DNA from: Nitrospirota bacterium
GTDB taxonomy: Bacteria; Patescibacteriota; Gracilibacteria; UBA1369; LOWO2-01-FULL-3
DNA length: 51,146 bases
Assembly (NCBI GenBank): GCA_030598325.1
Contig: JAUVQE010000001.1
Coordinates: 1-51,146, forward strand
Direction of reading: 5' to 3'
Each line of letters opens with the position of its first letter. Within the stretch, counting starts at the first letter, position 1. Below are positions 26,110-35,487 of the stretch, in pieces. Below the pieces are notes generated by a model, which was given only the letters and a program-made list of their open reading frames with translations, ran no database searches and was not told where the DNA came from. A program made the translations under genes and the position numbers.

Positions 26110-27552
26110 TCACTCACACTTATCGAAGTAATGCACCTCCATTCCTTCAACTTTTATCTCATAGCTTGAATTACAATATTCATCGCTCCACACATACATA
26201 AGACCATGAGGGTTTTCGTGTGAATGTGTAATAACCAAATAAAACGAATCAAAACCGCGAATTAGATTTCTGTATTTTGATTCATGGCTTTCATCAACAT
26301 TATATTCATTCAGGTCATCGCTAAAAGGAAAAGGATAAACATCAAATCTGTCTTTATTATAGAAATTAATAACATGGACAATTGAAGGAGTATGGACTAC
26401 AACAGGCGCTTCATTCTCAGTTATCACTTCAACAAGACCCCGATAATCTTCCCCGAATTCAACAGGAAAAGCCGAAACCTGCCAGGGTATCCACAAATAG
26501 ACGATTCCAAGTAAAATCGCGGTGGAAAAAATAATACTCAACCTCCTGAATGCATAAATCCCCAAAGCAATAAGCCCCATAAAAATAGGGACAAGAAAAA
26601 CCATATACCTGATCTTCATTATAGGTTCGAAAATCATTGAATATGCTAATGGGGCGCCTATTCCCAAAATTAAAAATATTATCAAAGAAAAAGCGGCAAA
26701 AATTCCTTCTTTATAGTCAATAAATCGTCGTCTAAAAAACGTCCACGCAACTCCGATAACACAGAGGGCCAAAAATCCCATAAGTAAATACATACTACCA
26801 TTGGAAAAATCCAAAAAATATTCCTTCAAATTTGAAAACGAATTCGGCGCCATCCAATATCTTTCAACTTCCAATTGTTTTATGAAATTCGGGAACCAGG
26901 GAATATAAGAAATAATAACGAGAACAGCGCAAAAAATTCCCAATAAAAATTTCCCAAAGCTCTTTTCCGCAACAAAAAGTTGCCACAAAAAAATAAAAGC
27001 AAACGGCAACAAAACAAAAAAGAAAAAATTATGAGTATAGATACCGACTACACAAGAAAGTACAAACGTAAACCACCAAAAGAACTCATATCCGTCTTCG
27101 CGCAAAGCCTTATACAAAGAATAAAACCCTGTCAAAGCAAACAAGCCCAGCATCACATACATCCTGCTTTCCATCGAAAAACCGATATGAAACGGATTTA
27201 TCGCCAATAAAAATGCGGCAATCAACCCTGCCTCCGGATCAAACATCTCAGCGATCAACAAATACAAAAATAAAATTGATAAAACTCCGAAAATCAAAGA
27301 AATCAGCCTAAATCCAAATTCATCCTCACCAAAAATTTCCAAAAAAGTATGCGTCACAAAATAATAGGCGGGAGGGGATTGATCCAATTTGGCAGTCTTA
27401 TCCCAAACCGTTTCATAACTTTCACCGGTGCTGTTGTAGTAAGTGATACCTTCGTCCAGCCAAAGGCTCTCGTCATTTAGATGATTCAGACGCAAAAAAG
27501 CGCCGAAAACCATAACAGCGATCAATAATGTAATGGCCAATCCCTTTTTCAT
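26110..27552 (-). CDS. GT-C fold glycosyltransferase (PMT_2 / ArnT-like, GT39/GT83)
   Basis: 480 aa, about 11 TM helices. First-loop motif ESLWLDEGITY is typical of ArnT/PMT-like enzymes. Confidence 0.8.
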   Translation of the reverse strand: MKKGLAITLLIAVMVFGAFLRLNHLNDESLWLDEGITYYNSTGESYETVWDKTAKLDQSPPAYYFVTHTFLEIFGEDEFGFRLISLIFGVLSILFLYLLIAEMFDPEAGLIAAFLLAINPFHIGFSMESRMYVMLGLFALTGFYSLYKALREDGYEFFWWFTFVLSCVVGIYTHNFFFFVLLPFAFIFLWQLFVAEKSFGKFLLGIFCAVLVIISYIPWFPNFIKQLEVERYWMAPNSFSNLKEYFLDFSNGSMYLLMGFLALCVIGVAWTFFRRRFIDYKEGIFAAFSLIIFLILGIGAPLAYSMIFEPIMKIRYMVFLVPIFMGLIALGIYAFRRLSIIFSTAILLGIVYLWIPWQVSAFPVEFGEDYRGLVEVITENEAPVVVHTPSIVHVINFYNKDRFDVYPFPFSDDLNEYNVDESHESKYRNLIRGFDSFYLVITHSHENPHGLMYVWSDEYCNSSYEIKVEGMEVHYFDKCE

Positions 27553-27609
27553 GTAATAGTTGCCCTTCGGGCGTTAAATTACTATACGCGTTCGCAAAGC
27601 TACCGCGTG

Positions 27610-28320
27610 TTATTTAAATAAATTGAATCTAATAATGTGCCAAAAAGCGGCGACTCCGTCCTTCCAACTGATTTTTTTACCTTCATCATAAGTTCTGCCG
27701 TAATAAGAAATTCCAATCTCAAAAATCCGGAAGCGGGCTTTGGCAATCCGGGCGGTAAATTCGGGCTCAAAACCAAAACGGTCCGATTTCAGGTCAGGCA
27801 GTACCTTTTTCAGAACTTCACGAGTAAAAACTTTATAACATGTCTCCATGTCAGTCAGATTCAGGTTCGTAAACATGTTGCTGACGGTTGTCAAAAATCT
27901 ATTACCCCAGGAATGCCAAAAAAGAAGAACTCTATGAGGGCCTCCTCCCGAAAATCGGGATCCATAAACAACATCCGCCTTATTCTCCAGAATCGGGTCC
28001 AAAAGCTTCATATATTCTTTCGGATCATATTCCAGATCCGCATCCTGAATAATCACAATATCACCGGTAACTTTTTTAAATCCGGTCCGCAGAGCGGCCC
28101 CCTTGCCTTTATTTTTTCTGTGATAGAATATTTTGTATTTCTTTTTCAGTTTTTTAAGAATATCCCGGGTCCCATCCAAAGAATAATCGTCAACAAGAAT
28201 AATCTCGCGGCTCATCCCTTTCGGTAATGGCGCGGATTGCACAGCTTTAACAAGATCCTTCAAAGTATCTTTTTCATTGTAAATTGGAATAACAATTGAA
28301 ACTTTTTTGAATTTTTTCAT
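27610..28320 (-). CDS. GT2 polyprenyl-phosphate glycosyltransferase (ArnC/GtrB/Dpm1-like)
   Basis: [17 protein letters not shown] and QDADLEYDP motifs. Confidence 0.85.
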   Translation of the reverse strand: MKKFKKVSIVIPIYNEKDTLKDLVKAVQSAPLPKGMSREIILVDDYSLDGTRDILKKLKKKYKIFYHRKNKGKGAALRTGFKKVTGDIVIIQDADLEYDPKEYMKLLDPILENKADVVYGSRFSGGGPHRVLLFWHSWGNRFLTTVSNMFTNLNLTDMETCYKVFTREVLKKVLPDLKSDRFGFEPEFTARIAKARFRIFEIGISYYGRTYDEGKKISWKDGVAAFWHIIRFNLFK

Positions 28321-28679
28321 GCGCTTTTAAAAACAAAAACTATACCTAACGAAATCAACAAAACTCCCATAATACGTATGAAAGTAACCTGTTCTCCCAA
28401 AAAAGCCCAGGAAACGAGTATGATAGCCAAATAGCCAATACTCAACATCGGATATGCATAACTCAAATCCTTATGAGACAAAGCCAGAATCCAAAAAACA
28501 CTACCCACAAGATACAAAAATAGTCCTCCAAGAACCACAGGAGAGGTAAAAGCTTTAAAAATACTGCCAAAATTCAAAGCCAAAGCACCCAACTTATTCA
28601 CTCCGGTCTTAAGGACGCTCTGCCCGGCAACATTAAACGCGACACTAATAAGAATAAAAATATTTCCCATTGCGACCAA
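28317..28679 (-). CDS. SMR/EamA-like 4-TM protein (ArnE/ArnF-like candidate flippase)
   Basis: 120 aa with 4 TM helices. 4-nt overlap with the GT2 gene and a 1-nt gap to the UXS gene. Confidence 0.6.
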   Translation of the reverse strand: MVAMGNIFILISVAFNVAGQSVLKTGVNKLGALALNFGSIFKAFTSPVVLGGLFLYLVGSVFWILALSHKDLSYAYPMLSIGYLAIILVSWAFLGEQVTFIRIMGVLLISLGIVFVFKSA

Positions 28680-28680
28680 T

Positions 28681-29622
28681 TTATACTATTGACCTGAAAT
28701 ACTCAATTGTCTTTTTGAGTCCGTCTTCAAGATTAACCTCTGGTTCCCAGCCAAATTTTTCTTTTGCAAGCGAAATATCCGGTTTCCTCCGCATCGGATC
28801 ATCCTGTGGTAAATCGGAAAAATTTAATTGAGACGCCGCACCTGTCAAAGAAATCACTTTTTTCGCCAATTCTACAACCGTAATTTCATCAGGATTTCCC
28901 AAATTAACAGGTCCGGGAAAATTTTCATCCAAATTCATATAGGCGATCATGCCATCAACAAGGTCATCAATATATTGAAAACTACGGGTTTGCTTTCCAT
29001 CACCATAAATAGTTAAATTTTTGCCTCGCAAAGCCTGAACGATGAAGTTTGAAACAACCCGGCCGTCATCTTTATCCATAAACGAACCATAAGTGTTAAA
29101 AATTCTGACAATCCGCATAGGCATATCATACCTGCGCCAATAATTCATGCATAAACTTTCAGCCGCGCGTTTCCCTTCATCATAACAACTTCTAATGCCA
29201 TGCGGGTTAACATTTCCGCAATATTCTTCATTTTGGGGAGAAACATCGGGATCTCCATAAACTTCGGAAGTCGAAGTAAACAGAACCTTCGCGCCACACG
29301 CACGAGCCAATTCCAAAACATTCCGCGTTCCCTCAAAATTCACCCGCAAAGTATAAATATGGTCCTTCTGATAACGTGGGGGCGAAGCGGGACAAGCCAA
29401 ATGATAAATCCGGTCAAACTGTCCGCTCATGATCGATTCAGTGAAAGGCTCAATAATATCGTGCTCCACCAATTCAAACCGATCCCCATTCAAACCATCA
29501 AGATTCGACTTTAAAGAACTATAAAAATTATCCACGCAAACAACATTATGCCCCTCACTCATAAGTCTTTTACACAAACTCACCCCGATAAATCCGGCCC
29601 CGCCTGTCACAAGTATTCGCAT
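28681..29622 (-). CDS. uxs: UDP-glucuronate decarboxylase (UDP-xylose synthase type SDR)
   Basis: MRILVTGGAGFIG, STSEVYGDP, YDEGKR, FNTYG and GDGKQTRSFQYIDDL motifs. ATG 29622; the track ORF uses GTG 29664. Confidence 0.9.
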   Translation of the reverse strand: MRILVTGGAGFIGVSLCKRLMSEGHNVVCVDNFYSSLKSNLDGLNGDRFELVEHDIIEPFTESIMSGQFDRIYHLACPASPPRYQKDHIYTLRVNFEGTRNVLELARACGAKVLFTSTSEVYGDPDVSPQNEEYCGNVNPHGIRSCYDEGKRAAESLCMNYWRRYDMPMRIVRIFNTYGSFMDKDDGRVVSNFIVQALRGKNLTIYGDGKQTRSFQYIDDLVDGMIAYMNLDENFPGPVNLGNPDEITVVELAKKVISLTGAASQLNFSDLPQDDPMRRKPDISLAKEKFGWEPEVNLEDGLKKTIEYFRSIV

Positions 29623-29703
29623 AATCACAACTTTTACATAATAAAAAAAACGAAGCTCAGGCACAATATACCATAAGCCTCGCCTTTAATAAGTGGGGAT
29701 ACT

Positions 29704-30009
29704 TTATTCAACCACTTCTTCTTCAACCTCTTCGTCGGCTTCTTCTTCAACCTCTTCAGCGGCTTCTTCGCCGTCAACTTCTTCAGCGACCTCTTCGCCG
29801 TCCACCTCTTCATCGGCTTCTTCTCCATCAGCCTCTTCTTCAGCGGCTTCTTCGCCGTCAACTTCTTCAGCGACCTCTTCGCCGTCCACTTCTTCAGCCA
29901 CTTCTTCTTCAGCGGCTTCTTCAGCGACTTCTTCTCCTACTGGCAAACATCCAGCGAAAAGCATGGAAGTCATGCTTAGAAGAGCTAAAGTTAGAAAGAA
30001 TTTCTTCAT
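29704..30009 (-). CDS. poly-Glu repeat lipoprotein
   Basis: MKKFFLTLALLSMTSMLFAGC (lipobox), then about 80 aa of E/A/V/D/G repeats ending in EEVVE. Confidence 0.65.
   Translation of the reverse strand: MKKFFLTLALLSMTSMLFAGCLPVGEEVAEEAAEEEVAEEVDGEEVAEEVDGEEAAEEEADGEEADEEVDGEEVAEEVDGEEAAEEVEEEADEEVEEEVVE
29754..29889. repeat. 52-nt perfect repeat with 84-nt period (in frame)
   Basis: 29754-29805 is identical to 29838-29889. Confidence 0.9.
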
Positions 30010-30154
30010 GGTATGTTAAATTAAATAATATGCATTATATTGCCCATATGTCTAACGGACACAAAGTATATTCATAAACGGGAAAAGTAAAGGGAAAATG
30101 CCAATTTAACCCGAAATAGTTGCCCCATATAAATTCTTCCAATACAATGACCGT

Positions 30155-31363
30155 ATGAGTAATGTCGCCTTAAAAGAAGGAGAGGAGGTATCGAAACAAG
30201 CAATAATACGCCTCCTCATATTGGGTTTAATAAAAACCGCGGCAGGATTAATAACCGGAATGAGCGTCATGATTGCTGATGCCATATCTACTTTTGCGGA
30301 TACACTAGGCGTATTTGCATCTTATTTTGGTCTCCGATTATCAAGAAAAAGCGCAGATGAAAAATTCGAATACGGATACTATAAGATTGAAACTCTCGCC
30401 GCATTATTGGTATCTCTGGGAACAATCTATGCCGGTTACGTGATTTTAAATAAAGCTATAAGAAACATCGGCGTACTGGAACAGGCAAGCAATAGACCGT
30501 TTGCTATTACCGCAACAGTAATTGCAATAATTTATTCAATAAAATTATGGAAAAAACTGGAAAAAACCGGTAAAAAAGTAAATTCTCTATCACTGATAGC
30601 GAACGCAAATGACAAAAAAATGGATGTGTTTGCCGGATTTATAGTACTTGTCTCAATCGTCGCAAACTACAAACAAATTCCATACGTTGAAAGCGTTGTA
30701 ACCATTCTGATTGCATTGCTGATATTGAAAGTAGGACTGTACAGTACAAAGGAATCTTTGTTTTTCCTTCTGGATTACTGGAACGATCCGATTTTATTAA
30801 GAAAAATAAAGAAAGTTTTCAGAAAAGAAAAGAATCTCATTATAAAAGTAAATAAAATAAGACTCAGACGAGCGGGGACATTTGTTTTTGGAGAAGCGTT
30901 TGTAGAATTAAATCCCTACGCGGGTATTGAAGATTTAAGAGAGGCATTGGATTTGTTAAAGGGGAAAATAATGGAACTGGATCCTTACATTAAAGATTTC
31001 CCCATATATACACATATTTCAAAGGCAAAAAATGTAAAAATAGCGATTCCTATTAAAAGCGGGCGATCGTTAAAAGCAAAAACAGCATCAAATCTAAAGG
31101 AAACGAAAGCCTATCTCTTCGCAAGAATCTCAAAAGGAAACATTACAAATTTTTATATAAGAAAATTATCAGCGAAAGATAAAAAACCTGTAGAATTCGC
31201 CAATTTTCTGAAAAAAGAAAAAGTTAAGATAATCGTAAATAATAAATTGCATTCCCTTATTTATTATAATTTAAGAAGAACGCACCATATTTTAATTTAC
31301 CCCAACCTTTCAGGCATAAAAACCGCAGGAGAAACTATCAAATTACTATTGATCGATACTTAA
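30155..31363 (+). CDS. cation diffusion facilitator transporter with an extra C-terminal NifX/NifB-like (Nitro_FeMo-Co-type) domain
   Basis: Six TM helices (MIADAISTFAD, NANDKKMDVFAG) and a CDF cytoplasmic domain. About 110 extra residues follow (VKIAIPIKSG...VKIIVNN...). Confidence 0.75.
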   Translation: MSNVALKEGEEVSKQAIIRLLILGLIKTAAGLITGMSVMIADAISTFADTLGVFASYFGLRLSRKSADEKFEYGYYKIETLAALLVSLGTIYAGYVILNKAIRNIGVLEQASNRPFAITATVIAIIYSIKLWKKLEKTGKKVNSLSLIANANDKKMDVFAGFIVLVSIVANYKQIPYVESVVTILIALLILKVGLYSTKESLFFLLDYWNDPILLRKIKKVFRKEKNLIIKVNKIRLRRAGTFVFGEAFVELNPYAGIEDLREALDLLKGKIMELDPYIKDFPIYTHISKAKNVKIAIPIKSGRSLKAKTASNLKETKAYLFARISKGNITNFYIRKLSAKDKKPVEFANFLKKEKVKIIVNNKLHSLIYYNLRRTHHILIYPNLSGIKTAGETIKLLLIDT

Positions 31364-31987
31364 ATGATCTGCGCATCACTGAAAAAAAAGACAGTTTCAT
31401 CTTTGTTAAAAAGCCTGCGTGAAATTCAAAAAGTCGTCGATATTATTGAAGTTTGGTTTGATGAACTTGGAGAACTCAACGAAGAAAAATTAAATAAAAT
31501 TTTTGCGGAAAAACACCTGCCCTTTATCTACAAATGCCAAAGATCGAAAAATATCGAAAAAATTCTTCAAAAAAAGATTGAATTTATAGATCTGGATATT
31601 TCGACTCCAACCAAAATTATTAAGGAAATCAGAAAAAAAAGCCCAAAAACTCTCCTAATTATCTCATTTCATGATTTTAACCAAACGCCCCCTACAAAAA
31701 CATTAAAAAACATAGCAAAAAAAATGGAATCAAAGGGCGCGGACATTATAAAAATCGCGACACAGGCGGTATCATTTGAAGACAGCATAAGAATGCTAAA
31801 CTTTTTAAGTGAACTGCATGCCAAAGGAAAAAAGGCGATCTGTCTATGCATGGGGACAAAAGGCGAAATAACGCGAACTGCTGGACATTTGCTGGGAAAT
31901 TACCTAATGTACGCCCCAATAAAGGACAGTGATAAAACAGCACCCGGACAAATAACCGTTAACAAACTAAAATGGCTCTTAAAATAG
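31364..31987 (+). CDS. aroD: type I 3-dehydroquinate dehydratase
   Basis: ICASL...IEVWFDEL, ISFHDFNQTP, and the Schiff-base Lys context ADIIKIAT. Confidence 0.75.
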   Translation: MICASLKKKTVSSLLKSLREIQKVVDIIEVWFDELGELNEEKLNKIFAEKHLPFIYKCQRSKNIEKILQKKIEFIDLDISTPTKIIKEIRKKSPKTLLIISFHDFNQTPPTKTLKNIAKKMESKGADIIKIATQAVSFEDSIRMLNFLSELHAKGKKAICLCMGTKGEITRTAGHLLGNYLMYAPIKDSDKTAPGQITVNKLKWLLK

Positions 31988-33069
31988 GAATAGTCGGCCT
32001 CCCAAACGTAGGGAAATCAACGCTTTTTAACGCTTTGACCAGAACAAAAAGTGCACAAGCGGCAAATTATCCATTTTGTACAATAGATCCGAATATAGGC
32101 GTCGTAGGAGTGCCGGATGATCGATTACACCACCTTGCAAAAACTTCTCAATCCGAAAAAATTATTCCAACCACGATTGAATTTGTGGACATTGCGGGTC
32201 TTGTAAAAGGGGCGAGTTTGGGAGAAGGATTGGGAAATAAATTTCTTTCAAATATCAGGGAATGTGATGCTGTGGGGCATGTGGTCCGATTTTTCAAAGA
32301 TCCGAATGTAACGCATGTTCACAGTGAAGTGGACCCGAAACTTGATAGGGAAGTGATAGAATCAGAACTCTTGCTTGCTGATATTCAGACTATGGAAAAA
32401 AGAATAGAACGCGCCGAATCCGAGGCAAAATCAGGAGAGAAAGAGAAGATTGTATACGCCGCATTGCTAAATAAGGTTGTAGATCATTTAAAATCCGGTA
32501 CACTCGCGGGAAATATCTCGTTTGAAGAAAAAGAGAAAGAAATTTTAAGAGATTTATTTTTATTAACAATGAAACCGCATCTATATATTTTAAATCTCCA
32601 TGAAGACGAAGTCGCACAGGGCGTAGACATAGAAAAATTCACTCAACAGTTAGGTCTGGAAAACCCGGATAAAATAATTCCGATATGCGCGAAAATAGAG
32701 GAGGAATTAGGGGATTTCGGTCCAAAAGAAGCCACAGAATACCTAAAAACCCTAGGCCTGAATGAAACAGGATTAAACGCTCTTATCAGAAAAGCCTATG
32801 ACACTCTCGGCCTCATAACATTTTTTACCTCCGGACCGAAAGAAACCCGTGCTTGGACAGTCGGGAAAGGTGCCCTGGCTCCCAAAGCCGCGGGGAAAAT
32901 TCATACTGATTTTGAAAAAGGATTTATCAAAGCGGAAGTCGTTGACTGGGAAGATTTACACAAATCAGATGGAGAAATAAAAGCCAGAGAAAAGGGCTTA
33001 CTAAGAATGGAAGGCAAAGACTACGAAATAAAAGACGGCGACGTAGTACATTTTAAATTTTCCCCTTAA
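31972..33069 (+). CDS. ychF: ribosome-binding ATPase YchF
   Basis: G1 motif GLPNVGKST, a coiled-coil insert and the C-terminal YchF/TGS-like domain. 16-nt overlap with aroD. Confidence 0.95.
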   Translation: MALKIGIVGLPNVGKSTLFNALTRTKSAQAANYPFCTIDPNIGVVGVPDDRLHHLAKTSQSEKIIPTTIEFVDIAGLVKGASLGEGLGNKFLSNIRECDAVGHVVRFFKDPNVTHVHSEVDPKLDREVIESELLLADIQTMEKRIERAESEAKSGEKEKIVYAALLNKVVDHLKSGTLAGNISFEEKEKEILRDLFLLTMKPHLYILNLHEDEVAQGVDIEKFTQQLGLENPDKIIPICAKIEEELGDFGPKEATEYLKTLGLNETGLNALIRKAYDTLGLITFFTSGPKETRAWTVGKGALAPKAAGKIHTDFEKGFIKAEVVDWEDLHKSDGEIKAREKGLLRMEGKDYEIKDGDVVHFKFSP

Positions 33070-35369
33070 GAATACCTTTTTAGTTCCCAGAAACTTTTCA
33101 AAAGATAGAAATAAATTATCACCAGCTCAATAAGAATAGGCAACCAGCTTCTTTGTATATCTAAGAGTCGAAGTTCAAGAAAAAGAGTGGAAATTCCAAG
33201 AACAGGAATTCCAAAAACAATAGCCCAGATTAGTTTCTTGTTTCTTGCATACGGAATATAATTTCTTATTAATCTGGTGATAAAAATTGCCATTACAAGC
33301 AAAGACAAAACACCAACATAAGAAATCACGTCAGCCATAAGTTTCTGAGGGGCTAAAAACTTAAGAGCCAAAGGATGGAAAAACCATACAATTCCTGAAA
33401 CAAAAATAAGGAAATAAGAAAAATATAATTTTGAATAAGGAACCCTATAAACCGACTTAACAGTATCAATTTGCTCAATCTCATCAAAAATGTGCCCAAT
33501 ATCCTCTATATCTTTGACAACAATCTTTACATAAAAACAGGCGTCCTTCATTTTACGCAAAGACCATGCCTTTAAAGAAATCATATTCGACGAATATCTG
33601 TAGAAAATCTCTGAAATATCCCGCAAAAGCCCAAAACGATTTCTTGCCAAAACCTTTACATCAAGCCTTATACCGGAGAGGTCTTTTTTATCAGCTTTAC
33701 TAAAAAGTTTTGTCACATCAACAGCTTTGATTCGCCCTTCACCGATAGCGGTAAAAAGATCATCAAAATTCCTGAAATTTCTACCGAAACGATCAGTTAA
33801 TTTTTTCTTTGTTCTTTTGAAATTAACTTTTTTAAAAAATCCCAACTGCGCAATATCAAATTCTTTTTGTAAAAGCTTGCACCCTTCCTCTATTTTTTTC
33901 TTCCTGTTTGTTTTTTTAAGAGAATTTTGGATTTTTGTTCTCGCCAAGCTTGTTTTTACAAATGACAGCCATGATAAAGAAGGTCTGGATTTTTTATCGG
34001 TGATTATACTCACGACATCACCGTTTTTTAGCATACTCGTGACGGGCATAAAATTATTATTTATTTCCGCCTTTATGGCATTATTACCAATTTCGGTATG
34101 GATGGCATAAGCAAAATCAATTGCGCTGGCTCCTCTTGGAAGATCGATTTTTCCACCTTTGGGAGTGAAAATGTAAATCCGGTCCTGAAAAATATCAACC
34201 TTCAAATCCTCAATAAAATCATCGGAAGATTTGCCGTTTTTCTCTATTTCGACAATTTTATTCATCCAGGCTGATCTGGCGTCTTTATTGATATTTTCTT
34301 TTTCACCGTTTCCACTGAAAAAATTTGAAGCGATTCCGTACATTGCCTCCAAATGCATATTCTTTGTCCTTATTTGCACCTCACCCAGCATCCCATCAAC
34401 ACCGAAAACCATTGTATGAAGACTCTGATATTTATTCATTTTGGGATTAGCGATATAGTCCTTGAATTTACCGACTTTGGGAATATATTTGCTATGAACT
34501 ATCCCAAGCGCTTCATAACACTGAGGAATAGTTTTAACGATTATCTTAATGGCATTTCTGCCTACGATATCCTCGATGCTTTTCCCACAGGAACTAAGTT
34601 TTTTATATATTGTATAAAGATTTTGCTTTCTCTCGGTCGCTTCAGCAGAAATCCCGATAGTCCTAAACGCATCGTCCAAAGTTTTAATAAACTTATTCAA
34701 GTGTTTTTTATTCTTTTTGTTTATATCGCTTAATTTTTCCTTCAGGTTCTTATACTCCGTTGGAAAAAGATATTTAAAACACAAATCTTCCAATTTACAT
34801 TTTAAATCCTGGATACCCAACAAATTAGCGATGGGAACAAAAATTTCCAAAGTCTCTCCGGCAATTCTTAGGCGTTTTTCAGGACTCACAAATTCCAGGG
34901 TTCTCATGTTATGTAGTCGGTCAGCCAGTTTTATAAGAATAGCGCCCGGATCCTTTGCGCTATGCAAAAATAATTTTTTCAAAGATTCCACCTGACGTTC
35001 CGGCATATTATGTTGATAGTGGACTTTGGACAATTTTGTCACCCCTTCAACCAAAAAAGCTACTTTTTCACCAAATAAATCCTTGATTTCACTGATATTA
35101 TGTTTAGTATCTTCGGGAATATCATGAAGAAGTCCGGCCAGCAGAATCTCTTCGGGAGCGTGTAAATCGGATAAAATTTCAACTGTTGATAAAGGATGAA
35201 CAACATAAGGGGTTTTATTATCCTTTCTGAGCTGTCCCTCATGAGCTTTTTGAGCGAATTTTATCGCTTTTTTGAAAAGTTCTTCATTAAAACCAGACAG
35301 ATAATCTTTAATTTTCTTAATTAAAGCACTCGTATCGAAATGTTTTTTGAGAATAATGGAACTTTTCAT
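33066..35369 (-). CDS. long RelA/SpoT homologue (HD hydrolase + synthetase + TGS + ACT) with a C-terminal 4-TM extension
   Basis: HD motif LLHDIPEDT. Synthetase motifs ERKQNLYTIYKKL, DYIANPKMNKYQSLHT and EVQIRT. TGS and ACT regions. The last 121 aa form four hydrophobic helices. Confidence 0.9.
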   Translation of the reverse strand: MKSSIILKKHFDTSALIKKIKDYLSGFNEELFKKAIKFAQKAHEGQLRKDNKTPYVVHPLSTVEILSDLHAPEEILLAGLLHDIPEDTKHNISEIKDLFGEKVAFLVEGVTKLSKVHYQHNMPERQVESLKKLFLHSAKDPGAILIKLADRLHNMRTLEFVSPEKRLRIAGETLEIFVPIANLLGIQDLKCKLEDLCFKYLFPTEYKNLKEKLSDINKKNKKHLNKFIKTLDDAFRTIGISAEATERKQNLYTIYKKLSSCGKSIEDIVGRNAIKIIVKTIPQCYEALGIVHSKYIPKVGKFKDYIANPKMNKYQSLHTMVFGVDGMLGEVQIRTKNMHLEAMYGIASNFFSGNGEKENINKDARSAWMNKIVEIEKNGKSSDDFIEDLKVDIFQDRIYIFTPKGGKIDLPRGASAIDFAYAIHTEIGNNAIKAEINNNFMPVTSMLKNGDVVSIITDKKSRPSLSWLSFVKTSLARTKIQNSLKKTNRKKKIEEGCKLLQKEFDIAQLGFFKKVNFKRTKKKLTDRFGRNFRNFDDLFTAIGEGRIKAVDVTKLFSKADKKDLSGIRLDVKVLARNRFGLLRDISEIFYRYSSNMISLKAWSLRKMKDACFYVKIVVKDIEDIGHIFDEIEQIDTVKSVYRVPYSKLYFSYFLIFVSGIVWFFHPLALKFLAPQKLMADVISYVGVLSLLVMAIFITRLIRNYIPYARNKKLIWAIVFGIPVLGISTLFLELRLLDIQRSWLPILIELVIIYFYLLKSFWELKRYS

Positions 35370-35487
35370 ACTTTTAGCCTAAAAAGTAAAAAAAGTATGA
35401 CATGAAAGTTTCCGCTAGTCAAAGTCTAAAACGATTGAAAAAAAGCCAAAAACAAACTATAATATACGGATGCATTAAAACTTAAAA

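Noticed and set aside
27553-27609. Small GCCC-TTC-GGGC hairpin between the GT2 and GT-C genes
   Set aside because: It is only 4 bp, has no U-tract on the coding strand, and lies within an operon spacer. It may stabilise the mRNA but cannot be supported as a feature.
29693-30019. Ser/Thr-rich plus-strand ORF antisense to the poly-Glu lipoprotein
   Set aside because: It is a mirror frame of GAA/GAG repeats. It has no signal peptide or RBS, whereas the minus-strand frame has a canonical lipoprotein signal.
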